Positions 51,005 to 63,555 are shown, numbered from the stretch's first letter. The stretch is DNA of 64,000 bases from Octopus sinensis (GCF_006345805.1 NC_043002.1:65906001-65970000), one strand, 5' to 3'. The notes: generated from the letters alone by a model not told the origin. Numbers and translations: made by a program.

Positions 51005-51385
51005 ACTGCTGCTTGTTTGTTTGTTGAGCGAGGCGGTCTTCGTCCCAGAGTGGGAGAAGTCCGAAACATGGTCCTTTGCTATTCGTAAGACCCGCAGAAG
51101 AGAAAGCAGGTCAACCCCCGACAATAAGAGCATCGACGGATGGATGAATGCGCATCCAGGCTCAGCGGTTGCGTAGGAAGTCGGGGATAAAAAACAGGAA
51201 GAAAGAGTGAGAAAAAGTTGGAGGGAAAGTGTACAACAGGGGTCGCCACCACGCCCTGCCGGAGCCTCGTGGGGCTTTAAGTGTTTTTGCTCAATAAACA
51301 CACACAACGCCCGGTCTGGGAATCGAAACCGCGATCCTCCGACCGCGAGTCCGCTGCCCTAACCACTGGGCCATTGCGCCTCCAC
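51005..51385 (-). mobile_element. Full-length SINE C variant with (AAAC)n tail
   Basis: Intact head GTGGAGGCGCAATGGCCCAGTGGTTAGGGCAGCGGACTCGCGGTCGGAGGATCGCGGTTTCGATTCCC; the 3' body differs from the copies at 7172 and 30092. Confidence 0.8.
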
Positions 51386-51722
51386 CAAAACTGCTGCTCA
51401 ATGAGGGGAACGATCATGTACCTCACTCTTTCTAATACTGAGCGGCACACAACGAAAACTAAAACCCCAGCAGTCATTACGAAGTACTGACCCATGCTAT
51501 CTCCGCTGATTTATTCCTGGTGACTTCTCGTAGTTAAACATCTATCCGAAACACTTGGCCTGTGATTCTCAAATGGTAGCCTGCAAGAGTTGTCTTGGAG
51601 CATTGTGGATTTTTAAACAGTGCTTCAATAACAAAAATAATAATCATAATAATACTCCTTTCTATTATAGGCACAAGGCCTGGCGGTTCGGTAGGGGATA
51701 AGTTGATTATATCGATTCCAGT

Positions 51723-52133
51723 ACAGTTCTATATTTAAGAGATGAATAATTATGTACATTATTTACATTATTTATATTATTTATATTTGACGGATATTTT
51801 TCCTCATCTTGTTTGTTGTTAACACATTTCGGTTGATATACCCTCCAAGCCTTCATCAGGTGTCTTGAGGAAATTTCGAACCTGGGTTCTCATTCCTAAG
51901 GTATTTTTCAATGTTGTTGTTGTTGTTGTTGTTGTTGTTATTATTATTATTAATATTATTATTATTATTATTACAATTATTATTATTATATTTTTTCAGC
52001 TTGGAATCGAACTCGGAATCTTGGGGTTAGTAGCCCGCGCTCTTAATCACTAGGCCGTATGCTGGAGGGTATATCAACCGAAACTTTGTGTTAACAACAA
52101 GGATGACAAATATCCGTCAAATGTAAATAATGT
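51723..52133 (-). mobile_element. Composite element: tRNA-derived head + (AAT/AAC)n + hammerhead + tail, with inverted partial copy and 12-bp TSD
   Basis: Head at 51998-52060; HHR at 51821-51864; inverted arm at 52061-52133; ATCGATTCCAGT at both 51711-51722 and 52134-52145, inside a SINE A. Confidence 0.85.
51821..51864 (-). ncRNA. Hammerhead ribozyme motif (stem III partly deleted in this copy)
   Basis: GACAC CUGAUGA A GGCUUG GAGGGUAUAU CAACC GAAA U GUGUU; stem I GACAC/GUGUU. Confidence 0.7.
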
Positions 52134-52389
52134 ATCGATTCCAGTGTTCAACAGGTACTAATTTTATCGACTCCGAAAGGATGAAAGGCAAAGATGACTT
52201 AGGCGACAGTTGCACTCAGGATGCAAAGCGTCGGAAGAAATGTGGCAAAATGTTGTTTGTTTGGGGGGGGGGTCGATACTATAGTGACTGTGCCCTCTGG
52301 CCGCCTTAGGTCTGGTATAAAAGTGTTTCGTGTGATATGTATGAAAGAGGACCTTGTAGAAGTGAATATTCTGCAAATTGAAAAGGAAA

Positions 52390-52605
52390 CGAGCTGACAG
52401 AATCGTGAGCAGACCAGGTTAAACGCTTAGCAACATTTCGTCCGTCTGTACATACTGAGTTTAAACTTCTCCCAGGTCGACTTTGCCTTTCATCCTTCTG
52501 GGGGGGGGTCGATAAAATAAGCACCAGCTGAGCACTAGGGTTGATGTTATCGACTTAACCCCTACTCCAAAACTGCTCTCATCTTGTTCCAAAATTTGAA
52601 ACCAA
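52390..52605 (+). mobile_element. SINE A
   Basis: GAGCTGACAGAATCGT...GGTCGACTTTGCCTTTCATCCTT...GTCGATAAAATAAGCACCAG. Confidence 0.8.
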
Positions 52606-52938
52606 ATTGCACCCCAGCGTTTTGAAATGGATGGAACAAGACATCTTTAATTTTGAATAAACAATGTCCAAAAGAAATAATAAAACGATGGTCATGGCTA
52701 GAACGCTTTTGATCATATGTCTGTTTAGTCACGCTTGATATAGTTTCAAATGGTTTCTAATTAAAGCACAAGGCCAGCAGTTTTGAGGAATGCGGTGGGG
52801 GTCAGCCGTTACCATCGATCTTAGTACTTGACTACAGGAACTGTGCCGTCTGGTCGCGTTAGGCTTTGTCTAAAACTGGAAAATATTCATATACGAGCGT
52901 TTTGAAAGCTTCAGTAACAGGTTGCTTATAATTAGGAC

Positions 52939-53310
52939 TACAGTAATCCCTCGCCATATCGCGGTTCACCTATAGCGCCCTCAGTACATGGCAGATTTTT
53001 CTGGCTAATATATGTAAATTTATATCGCGGATTCCTCAGTATATCGTGGGTTTCTGCGGCCGATAGGTTTTCTTTTATTCTTTTACATATTTCAGTCATT
53101 TGATTGCAGCCATTCTGGAGCATCACCTTTAGTCGAACAAATCGACCCCAGGACTTATTCTTTGCAAGCCTAGTATTTATCCTATCGGTGTCCTTTTGCC
53201 GAAACGCTAAGTTACGGCGGCGGAAACACACCAACATCGGTTGTCAAGCGATGGTGGGGGGACAAACACAGACACAAATAACAAATACATACATGCATTT
53301 ATATATATAT

Positions 53311-53341
<31 letters not shown>

Positions 53342-53432
53342 AATTAATAAATAAAATATATGCATACATACATACATACATACATACATACATACATACA
53401 TACATACATACATACATACATACATACATACA

Positions 53433-53463
<31 letters not shown>

Positions 53464-53716
53464 GAAGGGCATCTTTCAGTTTCCATCTACCAAATCCACT
53501 CACAAGGCTTTGGTCGACCCGAGGCTATAGTAGAAGACACTTGACCAAAGTGCCGCGCAGTGGAACTGAACCCAGAACCATGTGGTTGGGAAACAAGCGT
53601 CTTACCACACAGCTACTCCTGTGCCTAGATATATATATATATTTTTTTTTAGATTTTAATTATTTCTGTGGGAGATTTTGGAACGTAACACCCGCGATAG
53701 TCGAATGATTACTGTA
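52939..53716. mobile_element. Tigger-type MITE with TA TSD, containing a nested SINE B (53085-53625, minus)
   Basis: TA|CAGTAATCCCTCGCCATATCGCGG ... CCGCGATAGTCGAATGATTACTG|TA. Confidence 0.8.
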
Positions 53717-53849
53717 TTGCTGTACGTGAGTTGTCTACGTTCTTGCAGACTAGAGTACAAGTACAACGGCAAGTGGTTGTCTTTAGCTTGTGTCTGTGTT
53801 TGAATTTGCGCTAGTTTACTGTTATCCTCACTTCAATCAGTGTGTATTG

Positions 53850-53905
<56 letters not shown>

Positions 53906-54179
53906 GATTAAATAAATATGTGTATACATATTCACGTATGCATGTAGCGACGTTTGTTTAATGTGTGTGTGTGTGTGTGTGTGTGTGTGCCTGTGTTGAA
54001 GTTTGTTTATCTGCAACCCATCTGGAAATCACTGCAGCAAGCTGCAAAAGACTTAAGATTTCTTATCTCATGCACAGACGTAACCAGCGACCTAAGTGTC
54101 TGCCGGTCTGCGTAGCTGCATCTGGCTGGTGGCGACAACGACGATGACGACGACGACCACAACGACGATGTTGATGACA

Positions 54180-54722
54180 ATAATCCTTTCTATTAAAGGC
54201 ACAAAGCCTGGAGTTTGTTGGGAGGAGGACTAGTCGATAACATCAACCCCAGTGTTTCGCTGGTTCTTAATTCAACGACCCCGAAAGGATGAAAGGCAAA
54301 GTTGACCTCGGTGGAATTCGAACTCAGAACGTAGCGACGGGCGAAATATCCTTTTCTACTCTAGGTACAAGTCCCGAAATTTTGGAGGATGGAGCCAATC
54401 GATTAGATCGACTCCAGTACGCAACTGGTACTTAATTTATCGACCCCGAAAGGATGAAATGCTAAGTCGACTTCGGCGGAATTTGAACTCAAAACATAAC
54501 AGCAGACGAAGTATCCTTTTATACTCTAGGCACAAATCCCGTAATTTTGAAGGACGGAGCCAATCGATTAGATCGACTCCAGTACGCAACTGGTACTTAA
54601 TTTATCGACCCCGAAAGGATGAAATGCAAAGTCGACTTCGGCGGAATTTGAACACAAAACATAACGGCAGACGAAATACTGCTCAGTATTTCGCCCGCCG
54701 TATTAACGATTCTGCCAGCTCG
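54180..54722 (-). mobile_element. Three tandem SINE A units
   Basis: CGACCCCGAAAGGATGAAA...GTCGAC..CGGCGGAATTTGAAC occurs three times (about 54280, 54445, 54610). Confidence 0.88.
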
Positions 54723-54724
54723 CT

Positions 54725-55050
54725 TCTTATTGATGACGATAATGACGATTTGGACAATGGAGTTGACAATGAGGATAACGACAACGACGACGATATTGAT
54801 GATGAAGATTTTGATTGGTCTGAGGTTGACGACGATGATGACGACGATGGCGCTGACGATGATGATGATGATGATGATCATGATCATGATGATGATGATC
54901 ATGATGATCATGATGATCATGATGATGATGGTGGTGCTGGTGGTGGTGGTGGTGAAGAAGGTGATGGCGACGACGACGAGAATGAGAAGGATGATGACGA
55001 CGATGATGTCGATGACGATGACACCAACGATGATGGCTATGACTGCAGTT
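54725..55050. repeat. (GAT)n/(GAC)n low-complexity tract
   Basis: Source of the Asp-rich ORF 54459..55169. Confidence 0.85.
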
Positions 55051-55167
55051 TCATTGTTTACACACTGCTGTTTTTGATAACTGAGTGGCCCTTAGTCTTT
55101 CGAGATACACCTTTATATGCACACATATCAAGCACGTGCGCACACGCACACACACACACACATATAT

Positions 55168-55348
55168 AGGTGCAGGCATGGATGTGTGGTAAGAAGCTTG
55201 CTTACCAACCACATGGTTCGGGGTTCAGTTCCCTTGGGCAAGTGTCTTCTACTATAGCCTCGGGCCGACCAAAGCCTTGTGAGTGGATTTAGTAGATGGA
55301 AACTGAAAGAAGCCCGTCGTATATATATGTGTGTATGTATATATATAT

Positions 55349-55400
<52 letters not shown>

Positions 55401-55827
55401 ACAACTGGCTTCTTTCAGTTTATATTTTTAATTATTTAATCATTCGACGTCCACCCACCAATAGGAATTCATCATGTATTATTTTTTATTATTTGAATTT
55501 TTAATATAAACATGTATCTCATCCAAGTCTTATAAATCACAGTAAGCACGATTTCGTTTTCCGATGTAAAGTACTGACAACTGAATATATATATATATAT
55601 ATATATTCTTTTATTTGTTTCAGTCATTTGACTGCGGCCATGCTGGAGCTCCGCCTTTAGTCGAGCACATCGACCCCCAGGAGTTATTCTTTGTAAGTCT
55701 AGTACTTATTCTATCGGTCTCTTTTTGCCAAACCGCTAAGTTACGGGGACGTAAACACACTAGCAACGGTTGTCAAGCGATGTTGGGAGGACAAGCACAC
55801 AAACACACACACACATGCATACATACG

Positions 55828-55905
<78 letters not shown>

Positions 55906-56762
55906 TATATATATATACAGACGACAGACTTCTTTCAGTTTCCGTCTACCAAATCCACTAACAAGGCTTTGGTTGGCCCGTGGCTATAATAGAAGACACT
56001 TGCTCAAGGTACCACGCAGTGGGACTGAACCCGGAACCATGTGGTTGATAAGCAAGCTTCATACCACACAGCCTATGCATGTATGTGTTTGTGTGTCTGT
56101 GTTCTCCCACCACCGTCGCTTAACAACCGATCTTGGTATATTTACATCCTCCATAACTTAGCGTTTCGGCAAAAGACTCCGATAGAATAAGTACTAGGCG
56201 TACAAAAAATAAGTCTTTGAGTCGATTTGTTCGACTAAAAAGGCGGTGCTCCAGCATGGCCGCAGTCAAATGACTGAAACAAGTAAAAGAATGAAAGAAT
56301 ATTTTATCTTCATCTTTTAGTTGTTTCAGTCATTTGACTTCGGCCATGCTGGAGCACCGCCTCGAAGGGTTTGTAGTCGAATAAATCTACTCCAGAGCTT
56401 ATTCTTTTTTTCGTTTTTCGAAACAGTAGGCTATGGAGACATAAACACACCAACGCCGGTTGTCAAGCAGTGTTGGGGGAAGGGACAAGTACAGACACAA
56501 AAGCACACTCATAAATGTATACACGCACACACACATACATACATACATACATACATACATACATACATACATACATGCATATGTGTATATATATATATGT
56601 GTGTGTGTATGTGTGTGTATACGACAGGCTTCTTTCAGTTTCCGTCTACCAAATCGGCTTTGGTAGCCCGAGACTATTGTAGAAGACACCTGCCCAACCA
56701 AGGTGCCACGAAGTGGGATTGAGCTTCGAACCATGTGGTTGGGAAGCAAGCTTCTTTCACAC
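55168..56762. mobile_element. Nest of three SINE B copies
   Basis: Plus-strand head 55168-55322 and plus-strand tail 56090-56300 enclose a minus copy at 55607-56075; a further minus copy lies at 56320-56762. Confidence 0.8.
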
Positions 56763-57370
56763 ACCCCCTCACACACACACACAACACATTCGCGATGGAA
56801 CAATGAGTCCTTTACTACAAGAGAAGATGGAAGTGAAGGCAATTATACATCACCCACAATCTCATGTTTGATCTTCAAAATACCCAATATGTCTACCGAA
56901 GTAGATAAAAGGAACAATCCACCGATGAGCGAAAGATTAGTAACACTTCAAAAGGACCTACCAACGTCTCACAATATTGTTATTATGAATCGAAAAGTAT
57001 TTTATGTTTTATTCAGCCGCAAACTTTGTTCGATAGAGCTCTTGAATATTTATTAATCTGACGATTGTAAACGGCAAGCAAGAGGTGATATAAATGCTCT
57101 CCTTTCTGTCTAAAACTTTCGTTTAAGCTAATAATAAACTAATAATAAATCTCTGAGCGAAATGTAAACAGTAAGCGCTCGACAACGTAAAGTATACTAG
57201 CCATCTTAATATGGCTAACCACTAGGGGTGGGGGTGTTACTATAGCTTTTTAACCCCAGGAGATCATGTATATATGTATATATGTATGTAGAAATTCAGG
57301 TTGAGTACTTGATAATTGTAAGCACCTGTATATACCGTTTGGTGGTGTAGGTGGTGGAGTAAATTAATCA

Positions 57371-57670
57371 AAATAAAAACATGATGCCAATGATTCAGCG
57401 GTACATATGTTTCGGGCCTTTATTATACGGATTTATAACAATGCATAATGTGTGTCTATGGCCTTCTTCAGCCGCGCACAATTAGTACCTCAAGGACATG
57501 TATTACATCAAAAATTCTACGTTGGGGATGCAAATCCTCTCATTCGCGTACGACATAATGCGGCACCAGCACAAAAATGAATAGACACACATTATGCATT
57601 GTTATAAATCCGTCTAATAAAGGCCCGAAACATATGTACCGCTGAATCCTTGGCATCATGTTTTTATTTT
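57371..57670 (-). mobile_element. Penelope-derived inverted-repeat element
   Basis: 57371-57458 is the reverse complement of 57581-57670; only the left arm reaches the HHR core. Confidence 0.85.
57398..57475 (-). ncRNA. Type I hammerhead ribozyme motif
   Basis: GCGG CUGAAGA A GGCC...GGCC C GAAAC AUAU GUA CCGC. Stem I GCGG/CCGC; palindrome ACAUAUGU. Confidence 0.8.
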
Positions 57671-57694
57671 TATATATATGTATATATATATATG

Positions 57695-57730
<36 letters not shown>

Positions 57731-57852
57731 TGTATGTATGTATGTATGTATGTATGTATGTATGTATGTATATATATATATATAAGAATTTTTTGCGTAA
57801 TAAGATAAAAAAACCAAGGCTGTGTAGATATCAGAGCATTTATAGATAGAAG

Positions 57853-57904
57853 GTCTTACAGCTGTTTCTAGGATATTTATTTATTATATCCCTTCATCGG
57901 AGAC
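57853..57904 (-). ncRNA. Type I hammerhead ribozyme motif (U4->C)
   Basis: GUCU CCGAUGA A GGGAUAU AAUAAAUAA AUAUCCU A GAAAC AGCU GUA AGAC. Palindrome ACAGCUGU. Confidence 0.72.
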
Positions 57905-57941
57905 GATGTGAGAGGATAGTTAAGGATATATATATGTATAT

Positions 57942-58018
<77 letters not shown>

Positions 58019-58094
58019 AGAACTTACTGTGGAACATCTACCACTAAAGCGGAACATCTACCGACTAGTAGAGGGTTGTGAGCGCCTGACGACA

Positions 58095-59010
58095 TTCTAG
58101 GTGCCATGCGACCAGTCTTGGTCTTTTCTTTACTCAAGACTGCAGTTCCGTCGAAGAGACAAGCTGTGAAAAGGTGAGACTCACAAACGGAGCCCACACA
58201 TGCTCACCATCCAGAAATCGTTGCAGGTGGTGTAACCTCAGCGTGTGTCTGCGCATTAGGTGCCACGACATGCATAATCCGCCACTCAGAGGATGCTGGC
58301 AACAGACTGACCGCCTGTCCATTGGAGCGCGTCCCTTCCACAAGAATTTAAATAAGAAACGCGCCAATCTGGTCAAGCAGTAACTCGGACAAAGCACGAC
58401 GGTCTGACGCTAAATGGTAACAGAAGTAATGTAAGCTTTCACCACCTCTGCCCGACCTTTCAGGGACAGCTTTCTTTCGGCCCATTTCTGGGTAAGACTG
58501 GCCACCCTATTCGCCACCTCGTCCCAGTTCTTATCAACCTGGAGGTCGGGACCAAACCAGACTCCGACCTCTTTAACTGGTCTGTCGGCTCAGCGTCCGA
58601 CGACGCCGTCCGATGGCATCGTCCTGTCTCTCCAGGAGTCCAGCAGCAAGCCAACCGATTTGTCGGCGTTGGTTTTAGTCCCTGCAACCGACTCATATTC
58701 CTTTAGGATGGCGCCGACCGTCTCCACTTCAAAGACGTCCGACACCATGATGGTGACATCGTCCGCGTATGCCGACACTGTCTTTCCTTGTCCCATTTCG
58801 AAAGGGATGCCCCTTAGCTGTTCCAAGTTCCACAACAATGACTCGAGCGCCAATACGTATAGAAGAAACGATAACGAACAACCCTGACGGACCGAGCGTA
58901 TGGTGCCAAACGGCCCCGAAAGGTGACCGTTTACTTTGACCACTGAACAGGTGCCGCTGTGCATTGCAGCGATCCAGCCTCTGAAAACGGGTCCGAAACC
59001 GCCTGCTTTA
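58095..59010 (-). mobile_element. Tx1/L1-clade LINE, RT domain fragment
   Basis: GFGPVFRGWIAAMHSG...VKVNGHLSGPF...SVRQGCSLSFLLYVLALESLL...AYADDVTIMV...DKSVGLL; continues into RSVCCQHPLSGGL as at 45680. Confidence 0.9.
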
Positions 59011-59254
59011 ATAATATCAAAAGGTTTACTTGATCAGGGATAGCCAAGGGCTAAATGTCAGCAGCAGTAGCCATGACAAAAAACAACAAAAATAAATACA
59101 CATATAGATACTACCTCACATACACACGCACACGCACCACAACTACACTCTCACACACAACACACACACACACACACCACTGCCTCACATGCACACACAC
59201 GCTGCCAATTTCTCTCTCACACATACACACACGCACTCACGCACACCTTAAAAC

Positions 59255-59484
59255 ACACACTCAAGACAATAAAATGCTTATAGATACTTATCTGCGGGGA
59301 ATACACACACACATACACACAAACACACACACACACACACAAATACACACATACACATACCACACACCACACACACACACACACACACGCCTATACATAC
59401 ACTCGAGACAACAACATGGTTGTAGATACATGTCTGCATTCAATACACACACACACACACACTCATACACATACATATATATAT

Positions 59485-59515
<31 letters not shown>

Positions 59516-60140
59516 TACGCCTATACACACACTCAAGACAATAACATGCTTATAGATACGTCTGCATGTAATGCATACACACACACACACACAGACACAC
59601 ACACACTCACGCACACACACACGCGCCTATACACACACTCGAGACAACAACGTGCTTATAGATACATGTCTGCATTCAATGCACACACACACACATACAC
59701 ACAATACACACACACACACGCCTATACACACACTCAAGACAATAACATGCTTATAGATACGTCTGCATGCAATGCATACGCACACACACATACACACACA
59801 CACACACACACACGCACACACACACACGCGCCTATACACACACTCGAGACAACAACATGCTTATAGATACATGTCTGCATTCAATGCACACACACACACA
59901 CACACATACACACATACACACAATACACACACACACAATACACACACACTCAAGACAATAACATGCTTATAGATACGTCAGCATGCAATGCATACACACA
60001 CACACATACACACACAAAGACACACACACACAAAGACACACACACACACACCACACACCACACACACACACACACACTATACACACACACATACACACAC
60101 ACACTCAAGACAATAACATGCTTATAGATACATGTCTACG
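59255..60140. repeat. Minisatellite: eight conserved 45-50-bp cores separated by variable (CA)n, alternating A/B variants
   Basis: CTCAAGACAATAACATGCTTATAGATACGTC (A) and CTCGAGACAACAACATGCTTATAGATACATGTC (B) at about 59260, 59402, 59532, 59638, 59733, 59843, 59949 and 60104. Confidence 0.9.
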
Positions 60141-60429
60141 TGCAACACGGAAGCACCTTCTTATCTCACAAGGATTGTTCTCCAACAACTGCCATTGCTT
60201 TCTTACGTCAGCTTCTTTTTACTCCGCCTTTTTTTTCATGTCATTTTGACTTTTTTTAATAATTTTTGTTTTTAACATTTTACTTTGTTATTTTGTTATT
60301 TTAATTCATTTATTTATTGTTTCACCTATTTATTAATTTATTTATTTAGTTTCATTTTCCTCTTATCAATCCTCTTGACCATTTCGGTGTGGTGGGGTTT
60401 CCCCCCCCCCCATTTTGTAATGACTGATT

Positions 60430-60915
60430 CTATTGTGAATTGTGTAGTTGTCGTTTTTGTTGTTGTGTTGTTGTTGTTGTTGTTGTCGGTGGTGGTGGTG
60501 GTAGTGGTGGCGGTGGCGGTGGCGGCGGTGGTAGTGATGGTGGTATTAGTGGTAGTTGTGGCTACCGTAGATGATGTTGATGGTGATAACGACGGCGATG
60601 GCGATGGTGGAGGTGTGGTTTTGGTGTTGTGACGGTGGTGGTGGTGGTGTTTGGTGTTTGGTGGTGGTGGTGGTGGTGTTTGGTGGTGTTTGGTGGTGGT
60701 GGTGGTGGTGGTGGTGATGGTGTTTGGTGGTTGTGGTGGTGGTGGTAGTGGTGGCAGTGGTGTTTGGTGTTTGACGTGGTGGTGGTGGTGGTGGTCCTAA
60801 CGATGTTCTTCTCAATATTCTTCTGTTATTCTGTAACTAAATACCATGTTGTTGTTGTTGCTGTTGTTAATGCCGCTTTTAAGAATGTTGATGTTGGCGA
60901 TAGCGTGAATGAGCG

Positions 60916-60954
<39 letters not shown>

Positions 60955-61160
60955 CGATGATGATGATGGACAAGGAAAACAATGGCTATTATATTAATGG
61001 ATGACGACAGTTATGATGATGAAATAGGATGAGGATGTAAGGTAGGGTGAGATGGTAATCGTAATGATGGTGCTTTCTGATTATGCTGTTGCACTGCTGT
61101 TTTTATTTATGATGATGATGATGATGACGACGATGACGACGACGATGACGATTTTATTAT
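60430..61160. repeat. (GGT)n/(GTT)n/(GAT)n low-complexity tract
   Basis: Trinucleotide runs. Confidence 0.85.
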
Positions 61161-61309
61161 TGCTATTTACGTTGTTCTTGTTTGTTTTATTGATCTCTGT
61201 TACTGTTTGTTATTATTTGGTTTTGACTTTGTTTTCCCGTTTTTGCTTTTGTTTTGTTTTTGTTTTGTTTTTGTCTTTTTTTGTATCTTTCTCGAAGTCT
61301 TGTTTAGCA

Positions 61310-61490
61310 CACCGGACAAAATGTTCCGTCCGCCATTACGTTCTGAATTCGAATCCCGCCGAGGTCGACTTTGCCTTTCATCCTTTCGAGATCGATGAAA
61401 TAAGTACCAGTTGAACACTGGGGTGAATGTAATCCACTAGTCCCTTCCACACAAAAATTTCAAGCCTTGTGACTATAATAGAAAGGATTA
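61310..61490 (+). mobile_element. SINE A
   Basis: GTTCTGAATTCGAATCCCGCCGAGGTCGACTTTGCCTTTCATCCTTTCG. Confidence 0.85.
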
Positions 61491-61503
61491 TTATTATTTA
61501 TTA

Positions 61504-61547
<44 letters not shown>

Positions 61548-62600
61548 GAGTGAGAGAGAGCAGTTCATGCCATCAAAGTGACACTGGGGTAAAATATACG
61601 AAGCCCAATATACCCATCATGACTACCCGTTGATAAGGGTACACCAGGCACATGCATCACAACCATATGTGCGCGACATGGTAATCTCATATCAAGATAA
61701 ACAGCACATGACCTTGCAGGTGGGGCCCAGTTAGAATTTTCTTCAGGTTGAGTAGCCCATCCTGCTCAACGGTCCTGAATAAGGGTTGCTTAGGTGTTGA
61801 ACGAAACACCTAGTTTCCAGAGGTGAACCATTCAACTCCAAAGAATCCCTCTCAACACATGGCCATGATGCTCCCCCACACTTCTGCTCGTGATCAGAGT
61901 GCACATATCGTCAGCCACTAAGGGACATGCTCAACTGTTAAGGTCAAACAACTGACAAGCAAATCTGTGGATTGAGCAGATATTATTATTATTATTATCA
62001 TTATTATATTATTTTATTATTATTTTATTATTATTATTATTATAATTATTATTATTATATTATTATTATTATTGAGTGAGGGAGCAGTGCATGCCATCAA
62101 AGTGACACTGGGCCAAAATATAGGAAACCCAGTCTGATAAGGGTACACCAGACACATGCATCACAACCATATGTGCGCGACATGGTGATCTCATATCAAG
62201 ATAAACACCTTGCAGGTGGGGCCCAGTTAGAATTTTCTTCTGGTCGAGTAACGCATCCCACTCAAAAGGTCCCTGAATAAGGATTGTTTAAGGATGTTGA
62301 ACGAACCACCCATGTTTCCAGAGGTGAATTATCCAAACCTCTAAGAATTCCTTTCAACACACGGTTATGATGCTCCCCCACTACTTCTGCTCGGGATCAG
62401 AGATGCACATATCGTCAGCCACTAAGGGACATGGTCAACTGGTTAAGGTCAAACAACTGACAAGTAATTCTGTGGTATTGAGCAAAATATTTGCTGTAGC
62501 CCATCTTTTATACCAAGACAAAACAATGTAGATGATAACACTTCCAATCAGTTAAGATCAGAAGCCATGAGAGCCACTGTCTGGTACTGCATCATCATTA
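61548..62600 (-). mobile_element. Two diverged copies of a non-coding 430-520-bp element (family E), each abutting (TAA)n
   Basis: GAGTGAG..AGCAGT.CATGCCATCAAAGTGACACTGGG...CCTTGCAGGTGGGGCCCAGTTAGAATTTTC...CAGCCACTAAGGGACATG at 61548-61980 and 62075-62600. Confidence 0.75.
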
Positions 62601-62603
62601 TTA

Positions 62604-62654
<51 letters not shown>

Positions 62655-62689
62655 AGCAGTTTTCTTTTGCCTGGCAACTGTGACGAAAG

Positions 62690-63107
62690 AGATTGTCTGG
62701 TGGATGAAGTTGAAAAGCATAAAGACAGAGACCTTCTTCTTTGGTTGAGCCCTTACCGACTTTTTCAAGTTTCATTTGGCAAGAAAAGGGAGGTGCTGTT
62801 TTTGAGCATTCTTTCCCATAAACTGAGTGTATGTTTCGAGTCGCTTCGGCTACAGAGTTTCCTTTTTTGTACTCATAAAGCATTATGTGCCTTAAATGCT
62901 CTTTGGATACTTCCATGTTAGTTAGAAAGGGTTTTAATTAAAGAAATTTAAATTCTATTATTCTGTGAAATAATATTTAATTAGTTTAAATGTACACAAA
63001 TGCATAAAAATAATTTTTAATTCCATTAGACATTCTAAAATACTATTAAATTTCATTCAATTTTAAAAAAGGTAAAATCGGACAGAACATATGGGATGAC
63101 CTGATAG
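62690..63107 (-). mobile_element. Mariner transposon 5' end (TIR + HTH_48-like start)
   Basis: TA|TCAGGTCATCCCATATGTTCTGTCC TIR at 63107; ORF start MEVSKEHLRHIMLYEYKKGNSVAEATRNIHSVYG. Confidence 0.85.
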
Positions 63108-63109
63108 TT

Positions 63110-63475
63110 GTCTCAATATTTTTTATCATACGTAATGCGCCTACTATGATAGGAATTGTTTCTGTTTTTAGGCTCCACATTTGAGTTACTTCTATTTCCA
63201 GGTCTTTGTATTTTAAAAGTTTCTCCTTTTCTTTTAGAGAAACATTGTCATCTGACAACTATACCCGGCCTTAATTTCTCTATCTGTGTGTATTGGCATA
63301 TCCTGAAGTATGGTTACTTTCTCATTTTCTGTGACCTTTTCTAGAGTGTGCCTATACCATCTTTTCTCTGTTGTTATTCCATAGTGTTGGCATAGCTTCA
63401 AGTATATATAGGTCCCAACTCTATCGTGTCTGTGAACATATTCCTTCTTAGCCAGGACTGGGCAGCCAGAGACAT
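63110..63475 (-). mobile_element. R4/Dong-type LINE endonuclease fragment
   Basis: SDDNVSLKEKEKLLKYKDLEIEVTQMWSLKTETIPIIVGALRMIK; truncated by the mariner insertion. Confidence 0.85.
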
Positions 63476-63509
63476 TATTATTATTATTATTATTATTATA
63501 TTATTATTA

Positions 63510-63555
<46 letters not shown>

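Noticed and set aside
51015-51080. HHR-like GAAACATGGTC on the plus strand inside SINE C
   Set aside because: The core is non-canonical, stem I does not pair, and it is antisense to the SINE.
51998-52060. Functional tRNA gene (also heads at 13213, 42750, 51320)
   Set aside because: A/B boxes and an anticodon-like arm are present, but I see no complete acceptor stem, and each continues into a repeat body. These are SINE-type heads.
54459-55169. 236-aa acidic ORF
   Set aside because: SINE A tandem followed by (GAT)n low complexity.
58978-59005. Hammerhead-like CTGAAAA CGGG TCC GAAAC
   Set aside because: It is the antisense of Tx1 RT coding sequence (GFGPVFRG); stems I and III do not form.
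59255-60140. CRISPR array
   Set aside because: Spacers are (CA)n of variable length rather than unique sequence, there are no cas genes, and the context is eukaryotic.
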